DNA from: Phaeosaccion multiseriatum
Lineage: Eukaryota > Protista > Ochrophyta, other classes
Direction of reading: 5' to 3'
Assembly (NCBI GenBank): GCA_965112735.1
Contig: OZ218962.1
Coordinates: forward strand, 248,001-312,000
Length of the DNA stretch: 64,000 nucleotides
Positions within the stretch are counted from its first letter, which is position 1. Every line of letters starts with the position of its first letter. The notes beneath the pieces are model-generated. The model saw only the letters and a program-made list of their open reading frames with translations. It was not told where the DNA came from and searched no databases. A program made the translations under genes and the position numbers. Shown piece by piece: positions 63,919-64,000 of the stretch.

Positions 63919-64000
63919 AGTAGAGGAGCTCGACCTTTGAAGTAAAGGAGTTCCGCCTTTGAAGTAGTGTAGTGCGAGGCAGAGCCGGAGTTGTGGTCTG

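Overview
This is GC-rich, intron-containing eukaryotic nuclear DNA with many microsatellites. It most likely comes from a photosynthetic stramenopile, judging by the SAR-type Rab1A, a CryptonS-like element, and signal-peptide-bearing Npl4 and 20S proteasome subunits. Housekeeping-type genes: a DUSP-fold pseudophosphatase, a BC-box/LRR protein, proteasome alpha-1-like, a secreted tandem CBM4/9 protein, phosphatidylinositol synthase, Era GTPase, Rab1A, a family-16 methyltransferase, a small 4-TM protein, Npl4, a RUS/DUF647 protein and a CHZ-motif histone chaperone. Mobile DNA: a Crypton-like ORF, a Zisupton-like transposase remnant, and two different MITEs that share TCG...CGA ends and 6-bp TSDs. 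The most striking region is 36.7-57.2 kb, a cluster of three same-strand genes. All three end in the same RING1-like plus RING2(Rcat)-like module with no IBR, but they carry different front ends: (A) a combinatorial RAQE helical repeat with the kinase deleted in frame, (B) a short repeat plus an IRAK/RLK-Pelle-like kinase, and (C) one-LRR-per-exon cassettes plus a coiled coil and a different kinase. This looks like a fast-evolving cytosolic sensor-kinase-E3 ligase family, possibly immune-like (inference). A 17-bp motif, GCTGTATCACCAACTGC, also recurs at least 11 times in different frames and orientations. All exon models were read by eye and no database searches were run.
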